A DNA stretch of 64,000 bases from Carcharhinus longimanus (GCA_030264375.1 JASCQW010000098.1:46505109-46569108), one strand, 5' to 3'. Positions 13,086 through 26,370 are shown, numbered from the stretch's first letter. Numbers and translations: made by a program. Notes: generated from the sequence alone by a model not told the origin.

Positions 13086-15104
13086 AGTTGGTTTGTTGCT
13101 ATGCAACAGACTCTATACATAAATAATCTATGGCGGTAGATCTTGCATAGAAATCCAGAACTCTTCCTCAAATATGGTTGACAAAATGCTGAACTTTAGT
13201 CCAAAAGTTTTGATAAATACTATAATCTTCAGAAACTGTCACCTTTTAAAACACAGAATAGTTCCAATATCTTTGGAGAATAGAATCCAAAAAAAAAAAT
13301 CTGGTGTTTTCTATATTTAGCCAAGGGAAAGAAACTGTAGACAATCTTCACTTTGATTGCAAATGAACCATCATTACAATCAGATGTAGTCCAAGAAAGT
13401 TCCATGTTAGATCTACAGTCCCCATGGAGTTTACTGACGTTAACCAGGGAAGTAACAGAGGCATTAAAATTGTCCTCTGTGTCTTTGGGTTGTGGGGGTG
13501 GGGAAAGAAAAATGTTGAAGCAGTGTTCCTGCTTTCCATCTCTGAGAAATTCTTAAGTGGTCACTGACAGACACAAGGCATTGTTACTGTGATTGGCTAT
13601 AGTTCAATTCCCATTGACATATTAACATATCTGAAGTAGATTTAATGGATTAAGAGAGATGCAAATACAAGTAAAAGGAATTCCTACAGTGAGAGAAAAG
13701 TATTGAAGCTGTAACTCTTAATAATAAGCAATATATCTAAAAATCCAAAAAGGAAATGAGAGCATTGCATTCTGTCTATGCAGTTCTTACAGTTCTCAGG
13801 ATAATATATTGTGGCAGCAGTTGCACCCTCTGACCATATCAGAGGGATGCAGAGGAAACATGTAACTGGTGGTGACTGAAGTAATTACAGAATGAAATAT
13901 CTTGTGTAGATGAATCATATGCTAGAATTTTAAAGGAAATAATGCAAGGTTATTCCAGTTGAAATTTTATCTTGCTCTTTGGATGCAGAAAAACCAATAA
14001 AAAGCTGTAATCCAAATCTTGAAGACACACAAGCTGAGCCCCTCAATAATACAAAGCATTTAGCTTGAAATTTATGAGAAAAAATGTAATGGAAGCAATT
14101 TGGAGAAGTTGGTGGCGCATTGGCGCACCTCTGTTTCTGATGCCCAAGTTCAATCTCAGAACATGAACCAGAGTGTCACTGCAATGTCTAACATGAAGTC
14201 AGTTTGAGGCATTGTCAATGTTGTTTTAAGCAATCCAGTTCTAACTAAGTTGAGGCCCACAGCACAAATTATACTGTCCAGGACACAGTCAAAAACTCTC
14301 TGCACTTATAAATTTATTTCACTGCAAATGCCACTCACACCACTCCCACTCCTCTTCCCCCACCATTTCCGCTGATCAGCACCCCTACCACACCCCTTGG
14401 AATGTAATCTCTGATTCACAAGTGATCAACACCACTCCTGATTCATTATTATATTTTCAGTAGTGGATCCTGTTTGGGTTTTGCGCATCAAGACGACATT
14501 TTAAAATATGTTGGGCTAAATTTTCAACTTTGACACCATATTTGATGAACCTCAGGTGGGTTATATTTCTGACAATACCACCAGTTTTTGATCCAAACCA
14601 AAACTGAAAAGTTATCCTCATGTTTTTCTACCAACAGGAAACTGAAATGAAAAAAATACAATTATCAATTAGATATTGACAATTTTACTTCTGCAAATGA
14701 CCACTGCACAATAATTCTTTTTACAAATAATATTATAATTTATTTCCATTTTAATTGATCATTAAGATACTCAACTTCTTTATACTTTAGCCCACCAATA
14801 AGGGGTGTCTACCTGTTGGTGACTGATATATTTTTCATACATGAAATTAATCTTCTGAAACTGCTAGTTCCCATCACATAACTTCAGCAGATGTTCATTT
14901 GTACAGTTATAGTGCAGACAAATAAACAACTTTATTGATGCATTAACTTGAAACACACATTCACAATTGTCTCCTAGAGATATTCTTATCTCAGCCTGGA
15001 CCATCTTGAGGCGATACTTGGCAATTTGGAAGAAAGAAACTATTTATTTACTTGCAGTGAATATTTGCATCCACTAAGGTAACTGATGTCATTGCTGGAG
15101 AGAT

Positions 15105-15245
15105 TGGCCTTTCGGCTAACCTCAAACATGAGATCAGGTGTAACGACTGTTGTTGTCAGCTTGGATCTAGTATGTCTCTTTTATGGGGACCATGAATTGG
15201 TTTCAGTTTGAATATAAATTGGTTTTGGAGCAAGCAAGAAGATGG
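15105..15245 (+). mobile_element. Diverged relative of the U2-headed element
   Basis: ggcctttcggctaa...agatcaggtgta is U2-like. It is followed by ttgtcagcttggatctagtatgtctc...tgaattgg, matching 41639-41690 ttgtctgcttggatctggaatgtctc...tgaattgg. Confidence 0.45.
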
Positions 15246-15246
15246 A

Positions 15247-15512
15247 ATGGCAGCACAATAGTTAGCACTGCTGCATAACTTGGGTTCACTTCGAGCCTGA
15301 GGTGACTGTGGAATTTGAACATTCTCCAGGTGCTCCAGTTTCCTCCCATAGTCTAAAAGATATGTAGATTTTGTGGATTAGTCATGGTAAATATCTAGTG
15401 TTTTGGGGATAGAGTGAACGTGACAGCCTGGGTGGAATACTCTTTTGGAGAGTTGGTGCAGATCCAATGGGCCGGATGACTTCTTTCTGCACTGTAGGGA
15501 TTCTATTCTATG
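15247..15512 (+). mobile_element. HE1-type V-SINE, diverged
   Basis: Head, partial V-domain and tail ctgcactgtagggattctattctatg. Confidence 0.75.
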
Positions 15513-17342
15513 GATTAAGGATTTGCCATGTCCACTCTGTGCATCGGCTTTGTAAATTTCTAAATTGCTAGAGAAAATAGCACTCTTCTGATTTGGAAAT
15601 CTGGGAACAACGTTTCATCTGGGCAACCTAGCTAACAAAACTGTAGATCTATTCTGAAGAGGAGATTTAAATTAAACAGCTATTTCAATATGAATCACTC
15701 TCATTATTCCCAAACATACTTAAGTAATGTATCCTACCAAAGTGGGAAAAATTGTTTTAAAATATTCTGTTAGCTGAGGCAAAATGGAGGCAAAAATAAA
15801 CTCAATTATTTTAAAGTTATGCTTACATCCTTTTAATACACATTACAGCTAAAAAGAAAATCCATTAGATAAAATGGCTTGCCCTGTAGCAGTTCAATCT
15901 GATGAATAGATGAATGTGTGCATTATATATTGGATCTGAATCACCGAATACTAGCGACGGGGCTTACTGATTAGTAATGATGTGGGTGTGCAAATAGGAG
16001 AGTCAGTTCTTCCAACAAGAAGATGGAATTATATGCAGACCACCTCGTAGTAGAAATCTGTGTTATGGAAATATTTGGTTCCACAGTTGATTATTTATTT
16101 AAATAAAAATAGTGGATAAAAGAGTATGGCTGCTATGGGGCATTAAAAGTTACTGTTAATTAATTAGCACTTTGTAGTTAAACCATTTCAAATGTAGCAT
16201 TTTATTTCGGTCCATACTTGATTCAGTTACCATTGATACACCTTTCATACTAGTTCAGTCAATTGCTAATTTGACACTGATGAATCCTGTGGTGGACAGA
16301 ACTTGGGAATTGCTGCAATAATGCATTTACCAGTGCAAAGTTTGTTACCAATACATACAATATCTTGAAACCCCTAACTTGTCTGTTCCTCTAGGACCTG
16401 ACAGCTAATGTATACTCAGTTACCACAATCATCTGGGTGAACCAAGGAATCTAATAATTTTACTGGGATAATCAAGAGCTCTACAACTGGGGCCTGAACT
16501 TAAAGCCTGGAGAGGGAAGATGAAGACAGTTTAGATTCAACAAATGTTGAATAAATGGAACAGACTGCCCTGGGAAACAGTGATGACAAACCATGTCACT
16601 ATGTTCAAGGGGCAATTAGATAGATTTTCAGCAGAAAGAGAGCCTGAGGGATATGAAAAATAATGATGATTTGAATTGGTCAGATGAAACATCAAAGTCT
16701 CTTTTGGTCTTATAAATGCCCATATTCCAATTCCTTCCCAATATATTATGAGAAGAAAAAACCATTACTTTATAGGAACAGTTTAGACCAGGGTTACTCC
16801 TTTGTAGACACAATTCTTTGGCTACATTTAACCAATCCATTAGTTAGATGTGATCCCCATAAAACTAGTCAGTACCATTTATGCACAGTTAACCTCTAAA
16901 GGTTTTAAGGAACACAAGGTGGTACTAACTAGCCGGACAGTTTGTATTTTCCTATTTAACTGAAGATCTAGACAAGGAGTGGGATTCGCCAGTCTCATTC
17001 ATTCATGCTCTGGTTGCCAACGAGAATGGACAATTTGGTGCTCAGCCAATACTCCATTCACCGCAGCGGCACCGGAGAATTGCAGCCACAGACAAGGTTG
17101 GAGGTTTCTGGTGGAAATGTTTAGAATGCTGAAGACTCCAAATTTCAGGGGAAAGTTAGTTAAAAATTAGGTGGTTAGAAGCAGGAAGAAAAGTCAGTTA
17201 AGTGTTATTTTTAATAATAAGGGCTTTTCCGGGAACAAGACGCTTAATATAAATGATTTGCAACTAAATATGCTTATGAAGAGGAGATTGAAAGATATGG
17301 TGGAAAGATAGCTGGGTAAAATCGTAAACAAGATGGGTTTGT

Positions 17343-18190
17343 TAGAATCATAGAATTCTGCAGCAGAGAAGAAAGGCATTCAGCCCATCAAATCCATGCC
17401 AACTCTTACAAGATCAATTTAGCTAGACCCACTCCCCAAGCCTTCATCACTTCCTTTCTTCACTTCCATTTTGAAAGCCATGATTAAATCTTCCCCAGTT
17501 ACATTCTCAGGAAGTTTATCCCAGATCCTAACTCATTGTATATAAACTTTTCCTGATGTTGGTGTTGCTTCTTTGTCAATCATCTTAAATCAGTGCTCTC
17601 TGACTCACAGACCTTTAGCCATTGGGAACAGCTTTTCTCTATCTACTCCGTCCAGAGCCAATATAACTGTGAACGTTTCTATCACAACTTCTCTCAATTT
17701 TCTCTTCTCTAAACAAGAAGAAGCCCAGCTTCTCTAGTCTATCTAGTTAATTAAGCCCCTCATGAACAACTTTCATATCCTTTCTGCACCCTCTCCAGAA
17801 TGTTTACATCCTTCCTTAGGCGGGTGCCCAGAATTGGGACAAAAATTCCACTTGAAGTTGAACTACAGTTTTATCATAACTTCCTTGCTTTTGAGGTCTA
17901 TACTCCACTACTTATAAAGCTTAGAATCCCATGCACCTTTTCATTCTTTCTCAATCTGCCCTGCTACCTTCACCAATTTTTGCAAACATTCCCCCAGTTG
18001 TTTCTGCTCCTGCTCCTTTAGAGTAGTTCTATTTTATTTATATTACCTCTTCCCAGTCTTATTACTAAAATGCATCATTTCACACTTCTTTGCATTAAAT
18101 TGCATCTGCCATATGACTGCTCATTCCATCAGCCTTTCTCCTCCCAGCTCACCACACATCCAGGTTTTGAGTCATCTGCAAAATGCTGAC
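17343..18190 (-). mobile_element. CR1 LINE 3' fragment, old
   Basis: Begins tagaatcatagaa (reverse complement of the CR1 tail) followed by degenerate reverse CR1 RT sequence. Confidence 0.6.
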
Positions 18191-19154
18191 CAAAATATTC
18201 TTTTCCCTCAAGATCCTTGAATTTTTTAAAGAAGCAGTTAGATATAGCACTTGAGGCGAAGGGGATTAAAGGATATGGGGGTAGTGCAGGATCAGGCTAT
18301 TGAATTGGAAGATCAGCCATGATCATAATGAATGGCGGAGCAGACTCGAAGGAACAGGAGGAGGTCATTTAGTCCTATTTTCGATGTTGCTATGTTTCTG
18401 TAAACATATAATAAACATTATCCCAAGGGGGTTAATGGGTCATGTTTGGAGATGGCATCCAAATGGAGAGCTGGCAACACAGCTTTCACTTTGTTCTCTC
18501 AGAATTATGCTCACACTTTTGAATTATTGGGAAATCCTGTACTGTCACAAGAGACTGGACAAGGCTAGAATCATGGGATTTTACTGGGTGACCTCTTACA
18601 GCAAGGTACAGATAGGAAGATAAAAATAGATATTGCTCAATATCACAAATCTTTTTCAACATGAAGTTACCAGTTTTGACTGTATCAGAGATTTCTTTAG
18701 TGTGGTTTAGCAAATGGCCAACATTGTTCACTAATTATGCACTTGTGCTGATAGAGGTCACAGAGAAAGGTGTGATTCAAATGAAACCTGTAAGAGATTC
18801 CAGACAGGAAATAGCAGTAAAACCGCCAAAAACAATTAAAACAGGCGTCATGTTGGTGGAGTATATAAATAGCTTTACATAGTATACCACAGAATAACAT
18901 AAGAGATAGATTGTTTAACAACTCCCCAAATTGAGCTCCTGATCTCAAATGAACTGTGCTGAGCCATCTAGTACAGAGCAAAATTTTGGAACGGTACAAT
19001 ACTCATTGTAATTAATAACTTGCAAATGGAATAAATTAAAAATGTACATAGTGTGCAATTTGAGAATCATCGCCTATGAAAAATGTGGCATGTGCAAAGA
19101 AGATCATATAGGAAGAAGCCAATAACAAAAAAAATCCACTTTGAAAGATACTTA

Positions 19155-19492
19155 ATTTTTTGTTCATAACATGTGGGTGTCACTGGCTGGGCCAGCATTT
19201 ATTGCCCATCCCTAAGGGCAGTCAGCACTCAACCACATTGCTGTCATAAGTTGGCCACATGTTGGAGTCACATGTAGGCCAGACCAGGTAGGGATGGCAG
19301 TTTTCTTTCCTAAAGGATATTACTGAGCCAGATGGGTTTTTATGCCAATCAACAATGGTTTAACGGTTATCGTTAATTTTTTATTCAATTCAACTTTCAC
19401 CATTTGCCATGGGTGGGATTTGAACCTAGGTCCCCAAAGCATTACCTCTGGATTACTAGTCCAGCAACAATAGCACTACACCACTGCCACCC
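19155..19492 (-). mobile_element. tRNA-derived SINE of a different family
   Basis: Minus strand gives a tRNA-like head (ggcagtggtgtagtg...ggttcaaatccc) and tail gggatgggcaataaatgctggcc. This tail is shared with LINE ends at ~62900-63150 (+) and ~56930-57030 (-). Confidence 0.65.
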
Positions 19493-19849
19493 CTTAACTG
19501 TTGTGTGACAAACTTGGTATTTTCACAGGGTTTTTTTGAAATTATGAAACTACTAAACTGCAAGGAGCCTTTTTGTAGGTAGTAAATGGGAAAGAGTAAT
19601 GGTGGAGTGCAGGATGGTTGGTAGGACCATTCGCAGCAGCCACCAGAAAAGACAGAATTGACAACTTGTGGGCCGCCCATATTGACACAATAGGCAAGTT
19701 GCCAACACAAAATAACATGCGCATTGGCATTGACCAATATGGAGGTGGTGTTTGTATTGGATAGAGAGAACCAATAGCATTGGTTTCGCAGATTACGATT
19801 GCACAATGAAAACTTCTATAAATAGTTATTAACAAAAACTTGAATTTAT

Positions 19850-20530
19850 TTAACACCCTGACATGGTGAAATATTCCAAAACACTTTTGAGAACTGTAAT
19901 TAGACAAAAAGGAGATATTTGAGCTAAAGGAGGAGATATTCAGATTGATTCTGAAAAGTTTCATTGACATATATTTTAAAGAGTATCTTAAAATGAGGAG
20001 AGAGGTAAAAGAGGTGGACGAGGGAAAGAATTGCAGAGTGTAGCACTGAGCGAACGAAGGTAGGACCACAATGGTAAGGTAAAAGAAGTCTGGGATGTAC
20101 ATGGGGCCAGGAGGAACAGACAGTTCGCAAAGAGGGTTGTGGGACCGCATAACGGAGATGAAGAGGGCCAAGGTCAAGATCATGAATTAAAAAAATAATC
20201 ACCAAGATGTTAGTAATCTAAGAGTCAATATAATAATTGAGCAGAAGTGTTGAGTATGAGACTTGGTGCAAATTAGGATATGGAGAGCACAATTCTTGAT
20301 GAATTGAACTTTACACGCGTGGAAAAGCAGAGACCAACAAAACAGCATTGAAATAGTCAAGCCCCGAGGTAACAAACGTAGGGATGCAGGTTTTAACAGC
20401 AGATGGGCTAAAGCAGACAGATACAGGCTCAACTATTTCAGATGGGAGGTGGAAGTAAACAATCTCAGTGACGGAAAAGGTACACAGGATCAGAAATTCA
20501 GAGGGTAAACAGAATGCTCAGATTGTAAGC
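19850..20530 (-). mobile_element. L2-type LINE 3' fragment
   Basis: Purine-rich plus-strand segment colinear with 29385-29650 and 31500-31950. Confidence 0.55.
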
Positions 20531-21174
20531 AGTGAAGATGGTGCCAGAGCATGGCAACTTTTTGCGAGCTGTCCCCACCATACCATCTTTTACTCTCTCG
20601 TCCTATACCTTTAAAGCTTAATTAGCTCATCTTTCTCTACACCCTGTCTGTGACTGTAACACTATATTCTTCCCCTTTCTTACCCTGTGTACTCTATGAA
20701 CTGTATGCTTTAACTATGTTGTGCACAAAAAATAATACTTTTCACTGTATTCCAATACATGTGACAATATTAAAATCAGTCACATTCAGACTGAGACAGT
20801 GACTATAGAGCAGAATGGAAAAAGTCTTAAAAAGCTTCCTGCAACTTAGCTTGCAAGCAGCTAAAGTTCCCTCAGTACTGCTAGAAATGGGTATCATTGC
20901 CATACTCTCTATAGTTGGAAAGATCAGGAAATGGCTGTAATCAGACTGTTAGGGGGGGGGAATGGCCCCCATTTCAATGTGTGTTTATAAAACTCCCGCC
21001 AGGTTCTGGCTACCAGGGCTGAAGTGCACCTGAAGATCAGTCAAACCACAGGGGACAGGACTAGTTAGCGGATTACTTCCCCCCCGCCCCCCTTTGTTTT
21101 TTTTAAGCACAGAGATTTTTTCTTCTGAACAGGCCTGTCACAGTGAGAACTGCTTCAAACAAAAATAACTTTAC

Positions 21175-21278
21175 CTTTGACTGAACACAATGTAAAAAAT
21201 GAAAAAGTTTCATCCGCTGCAAAAGAAATGGAGCGCGTCTTAGAACTATTTTACCATGAGAAAGTTCAACACCATCTC
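21175..21278 (-). other. Putative non-coding (5'UTR) exon of AMOTL1
   Basis: Minus-strand acceptor ttttgtttctcacag| and donor AAAG|gtaaag bound 104 nt of non-repetitive DNA. No ATG-initiated frame continues into the 3984 exon. Confidence 0.35.
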
Positions 21279-21599
21279 CTGTGAGAAACAAAACGGAGGC
21301 AATGCAGTGAGTGAGGGGCCAGGGGCACAAGCAGGCTTTGTACAAAGTCTGAATTCATTCTCAGTTCTGGAAAAAAAGTTACAAACGGGAGAACTTAAAA
21401 CGTGGCCAATTCCAATTACAATTCTAAAGTATTAATAAAACAATAAGTAGACTGAAACAAGAACTAAGTCAATGTAACTATACATGGTTAGGAGTGAATT
21501 CTACAAAATGACAAAACATTAAGAGTTCACGTTACAAGTTGAAGCTACACATTTTAGACTCTTTCCCCCACTTGTTTTTGCAATTTTTTTTATCGGTTC

Positions 21600-22300
21600 C
21601 TTTGTGATCTTAATCGCGTTATATTAACGGATATGAAAGAGTGACAAGCGTATTTAGAAGCAGGCTAACTGTAAACATGTCGGTGATCTGGCAGCTGACA
21701 CCTCCTCGCATGGGCGCTCCTCATTCATCAGCCGCCAGCCAGAGGGGAAAACACGGTGCTCGAGCTCACACTAACTCCACATTTCCTCACAGCACAGCTC
21801 CCACCCTCCCCCGCCCCCCAAACAGCACAGAGCAAGACACAGAAGCAAGCAACACTTTCTAAACTTTCATCACCTTCCACAAACTTTTGTCCACTCGACA
21901 CGTTAAACTTATTACCTTCAGCTCCCTCCTCCAAGAAAGAAGTTTCTCAGCGTTTGCCGCAAATTGCAATCTGCCCCCAATTCATGTAATTTCCAATTTC
22001 TGCCCCCCCCCAACCCCCGTCCCCCAAAATCTCGACCAAAGCTAGAAGGGGCAACGGGCCGGGTTGACCTCAAGCCTAATACAGGAAAAATGGCTTTAGT
22101 CGGAGAGCAGCAGCAGCAGCAAGAATCCAACAATCAGCCCCATTCACATCGGAATGAGAGGAATGTCAGCGCTTTACCTACTGCACCAGAGCGTGGGCCG
22201 GCTAGGTCCTAGCGCCTGTTGCTGCCTTAATTACTACGAGCTCCAGCCCGAAGTAGGGACAGTCAACAAAATAGCTGAAGATTACAGTCTCGACCTTAAA
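21600..22300 (-). promoter_or_regulatory. CpG/GC-enriched candidate promoter or enhancer with tandem TEAD (MCAT) site
   Basis: Repeat-free and visibly CpG-richer than its flanks. GGAATG-aga-GGAATG at 22151-22165. Candidate minus-strand donor GAAG|gtaat at 21916. Confidence 0.5.
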
Positions 22301-22395
22301 GATGCTAAAGAACTGTTGGAGTTTTTCAAATCATCTGAAATAAAAGTTTTATCTCCAAAACACAATAATAAGGAACGTCAAACTGCAAGATAGCT

Positions 22396-22705
22396 AAGTT
22401 TAAAGTTTATTTATTAGTGTTACAAGTAGGCCTACATTAACACTGCAATGAAGTTACTGTGAAAATCCCCCAGTCTTCACACTCCAACACCTGTTCAGGT
22501 ACACTGGGGAAAATCAAATACAGCCAATGCACCTAACTAGCACATCTTTCGACTGTGGGAGGAAGCCGGAGCACCCGGAGGAAACCCATGGAGACACAGG
22601 AAGCATGTGCACACTCTGCACAGACAATGATCCAAGCTGGGAATCAAACCCAGGTCCCTGGTTCTGTGAGGCAGAAGTGCTAACCACTGTGCTAACATGC
22701 CACCC
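22396..22705 (-). mobile_element. V-SINE with alternative tail (type B)
   Basis: Same head and V-domain, but the tail is ttttcacagtaacttcattgcagtgttaatgtaggcctacttgt...aataaataaacttt. Confidence 0.82.
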
Positions 22706-23369
22706 TATGAAAACTTTCAGACTACTCAGATTTTAACTCTTGCTATTAGATGAGGTTTGATATTATTACAATATTTAAGATTTGCAATGTGTTGGTGTCA
22801 CGGGAACAGTACAAATATGGTGCAGCCCAGAGGGGATCCTGAGCATAGGATTTTTGATACTGTGACACAGAGAGACTATCAAAAGATCCCAGGACCAGTC
22901 AAGAAAGAGTTTTACCTCCTGTAATATGGAAAAGGATTTGGGTTTGTCAGTATAAAAGAGGGAAACAGAGTTTCTGTGGAATTCTAGACAACTGTATTTT
23001 CTCTGATTAGTATCTGGGAGATATTAATTTCTGTATTACCAAAACAGATGGATCTTTAAGATTTTAGCAGCAATAGTACAGTAACTTTTAATAATCATAT
23101 CTCTCAATGGTGTTGTGCACCTCATCTCCTTATTTCCACAGCCTTATCCTTTTCTATTATGCTTGCCACATTCCTTATTTTGTGTTTGACAATGCTTTTC
23201 TTGGATAGCTGCTTGTTTTACATGCATTTATGGGCTCCTTGCATTTCTCTCAAATATGCGACTGTGTTTTATATTCTTTTTTTTTATCTTCTGTACGAAT
23301 AGTACTCTGCTACCTCAATTCCTATAAGCTTTTGTGGCAATAAAATTATTTCCAAAAGATAAGTACCAT

Positions 23370-23680
23370 CACAGAATCACTACAGTGCAGGAGGAGGCCA
23401 TTCGGCCCATTGAGACTGCACTGGCAACAATTCCATCCAGGCCTTATCCCCGTAACCCCACGTTTGTACCCTGCTAACCTCCCTGACATTTAGGGCAATT
23501 TAACATGGTCAATCAACCTAATCCACACACCTTCAGACTGTGGGAGAAAACCAAGCACCTGGAGAAAACCCACACAGACATGGGAAGAACATGCAAACAC
23601 CACACAGACAGTCACCTGAGGCCGGAATTGAATCTCGGTCCCTGGCACTGTGAGGCAGCAGTGCTACTGTGCCACCCTGC
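23370..23680 (-). mobile_element. HE1-type V-SINE
   Basis: Reverse complement of the full element with tail gggccgaatggcctcctcctgcactgtag. Confidence 0.82.
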
Positions 23681-24211
23681 CATCCATCAAATGCCAAACT
23701 ATCAAATCATGTGTCAATATTATTTGTGCTTTAAAAATAAGTTTGGAGAATATATTTAGTGCAAGTCACAGCCCTTGTTTGTTTAAGTTGAGCATACAGA
23801 TGAGTGACATTGATTTTCCTGACTCCTTCCCTGCCATTCCTGTTGGGCTGAAACCATTGATGTACTGTCAATATTGTACTGATTTGACACACAATCCCGC
23901 CTACTTAGATTTACATATGGATCACAGGAAGACCGATCCTAAAAACATTTGAACACAGGAAATATGGAGAGGGGGTTATGCAGGCAGAGTGGTTACATGA
24001 CATTGTCACACTGACATTCAGCCCTATCCTCCCAAAAGTGTCATTGAAAGAAATCGATTCACAACAGCAAAGTAATTATTGTAAAAGTATGGTTCTAAAG
24101 TCATTTTTAAAAATATTTTTCTGGAAACTTATTCATTTTTTAAAATTTTAAATAACTCATGGATGGGGAGGACTGGTCCTCCTGATGGGACCATGGGATT
24201 CTCTGGGATTA

Positions 24212-24725
24212 GTTTTTAAGTTTATTTACTAGAGTCACAAGTAGGCTTACATTAACACTGCAATGAAGTTACTGTGAAAATCCCCTAGCCACCATACTCC
24301 AGCACCTGTTCAGGTACACTGAGGGAGAATTTAGCTTGGACAATGTACCTNNNNNNNNNNNNNNNNNNNNNNNNNNNNNNNNNNNNNNNNNNNNNNNNNN
24401 NNNNNNNNNNNNNNNNNNNNNNNNNNNNNNNNNNNNNNNNNNNNNNNNNNAGTAGGCTTACATTAACACTGCAATGAAGTTACTGTGAAAATCCCCTAGC
24501 CACCATACTCCAGCGCCTGTTCAGGTACACTGAGGGAGAATTTAGCTTGGACAATGTACCTAACCAGCACATCTTTTGGTTTAGACTGTGGGGGGAAAGA
24601 GCACCTGGAGGAAACCCATGCAGATAAGGGGAGAACATGTAGACTCCACACGGTGACCCAAGCCGGAAGTCAAACCTGGGTCACTGGTACTGTGAAGCAG
24701 CAGTGCAAACCACTGTGCCAGCACC
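24212..24725 (-). mobile_element. V-SINE type B spanning an N gap
   Basis: Type B tail (duplicated either side of the gap) plus V-domain and head. Confidence 0.75.
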
Positions 24726-24769
24726 AAGCAGAAAAGGAATAATGAGTCTAGGGATGTGACACAATTTTC

Positions 24770-25040
24770 CATGTGCCAGTTGTGGCTCAGTTGCTGGCAG
24801 TCAGACGTTTGTGGGTTCACTCCAGGGATTTGAACACAAATATCAAGAGTGACACTCACGCCAGTGAGGAAGTAATGTACGACCAGAGACCATCTTTTGG
24901 ATGAGACATTTGCCTCATCAGGTATACAAATGATCTCATGGCATTATTTCATAGAAGAGCAGGGAATTATACCTGGTGTCCTCACAAATATTTATCCCTC
25001 AGACAACATCAGAAAAGCAAATTTCATTACACTGATATCA
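24770..25040 (+). mobile_element. DeuSINE (SacSINE1/AmnSINE1-like) 5' portion
   Basis: tRNA-like head tgtggctcagttg followed by catggcattattt..agaagagcagggaatt..cctggtgtcct..aatatttatccctca (Deu-domain-like). Confidence 0.55.
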
Positions 25041-25189
25041 ATAGAAAGGTCTGATGTCCTCCATCATCACATTCAACTCCATTGTCTGTACATTTTCATT
25101 GTTCATTGTTTTCATGACAGGAACCTGACAAAGTGATTTTTATGGGTGTTATTACCAAACATGCAAGTAGAACTGACATTTTGAGTCAA

Positions 25190-26370
25190 CCTTTGACAAA
25201 GGGTCATCAGGACCTGAAACGTCAGCTTTTTCATCTCCTTACAGATGCTGCCAGACCTGCTGAGATGTACAATCTATATTTTATGTAAGGTGTACTTTTG
25301 GCTTACCCACGATCCTCAGTGAAAAAGTGACCAATTGTATGTATCAAACTAATGGACAGAGCACCAGTAAACACTGATTGTAACTTCCACACATAGAATT
25401 TCAGGCATTTCTATGATATCAGGTGATTATCTGCCACTTTGGCTGAAATAATTCAAGCTCCTCTAACCCCCTTCCCCTGTTCCTTGACTAATTCTCACTG
25501 GTTATATTTCTTGTGCTAATTTTAAGCTGTGAATGGAGACTCATAGCCACATGAAAAAAGCATGTGATGGGTCACACATGATGGAGAATTGAATTTAAGG
25601 GTCCATCTATTAAGAAATAAAGAAATCCATTCTTGTACTGTACTCCATTTAACACAGTAGGGAAATGTTAACAGTCTATCATTGCGGAATGTCAATTATT
25701 TTAAAAATTTAATCTAGAGGAGCACATTTTTAAAATGAAGTTCAACAGTGTTAAAGGCATTAAAATAAAGAAGACTTCCTCACACAAAAACAGAAAATGC
25801 TGCAAAATTTCAGCAAGTCTGACAGCACTTGTGGAGAGAAAATGGAGCCTACATTTCAAGTCTAGCTCTATTCTCTCTCCACAGAAGCTATCAGAACTGC
25901 TGAGATATTCCAGCATTTTCTATTTATGTTTCAGATTCCAGTATCCACAGTATTATGCTTTTAAAAAAACTTCCTGTTGTTTAGTAATGTGGCAAATATG
26001 ACTTTTTGAAACCATTTACAATATATTTATACTGGTGAGGTTTCTCCTCTTCCATCCACACTGGAGATGTTCATTTTCTAGCAAAGGTCATCAAACATAA
26101 ACAATGATTGAGTAGCCAGGCTGATTTTCGTTTTCTTAGTTCAGTGTTTTCAATGTTTATTATACAAATCCTAATGTTATCCCACCTGAAATGTGTTAAT
26201 TCAGCGTACAGCTGAATACTAAGCAGGAAGGTAGCAATTCAAATTAAGCAAACATTAAGAATTTTACAATTCCAAAGAAGGGTCATAGTGGACTCGAAAT
26301 GGTAAATCTGTATCTCCCTCCTTGGATGCTGCCAGACTTGCTGAGTTTTTCCAACATTTTTTGTTTTCAT
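25190..26370. mobile_element. Cluster of short Penelope-type repeats of a second family (25190-25266, palindromic 25783-25960, 26270-26370)
   Basis: Shared cagatgctgccagacctgctgag...ccagcatttt motif and degenerate hammerhead gggtc...gacctGAAACGTC. Further pieces at ~32085-32180, 41823-41852 and 54020-54056. Confidence 0.55.

Noticed and set aside
19542-20183. 213 aa minus-strand ORF
   Set aside because: Overlaps a decayed L2-type fragment, has no recognisable domain and shows no splice support.
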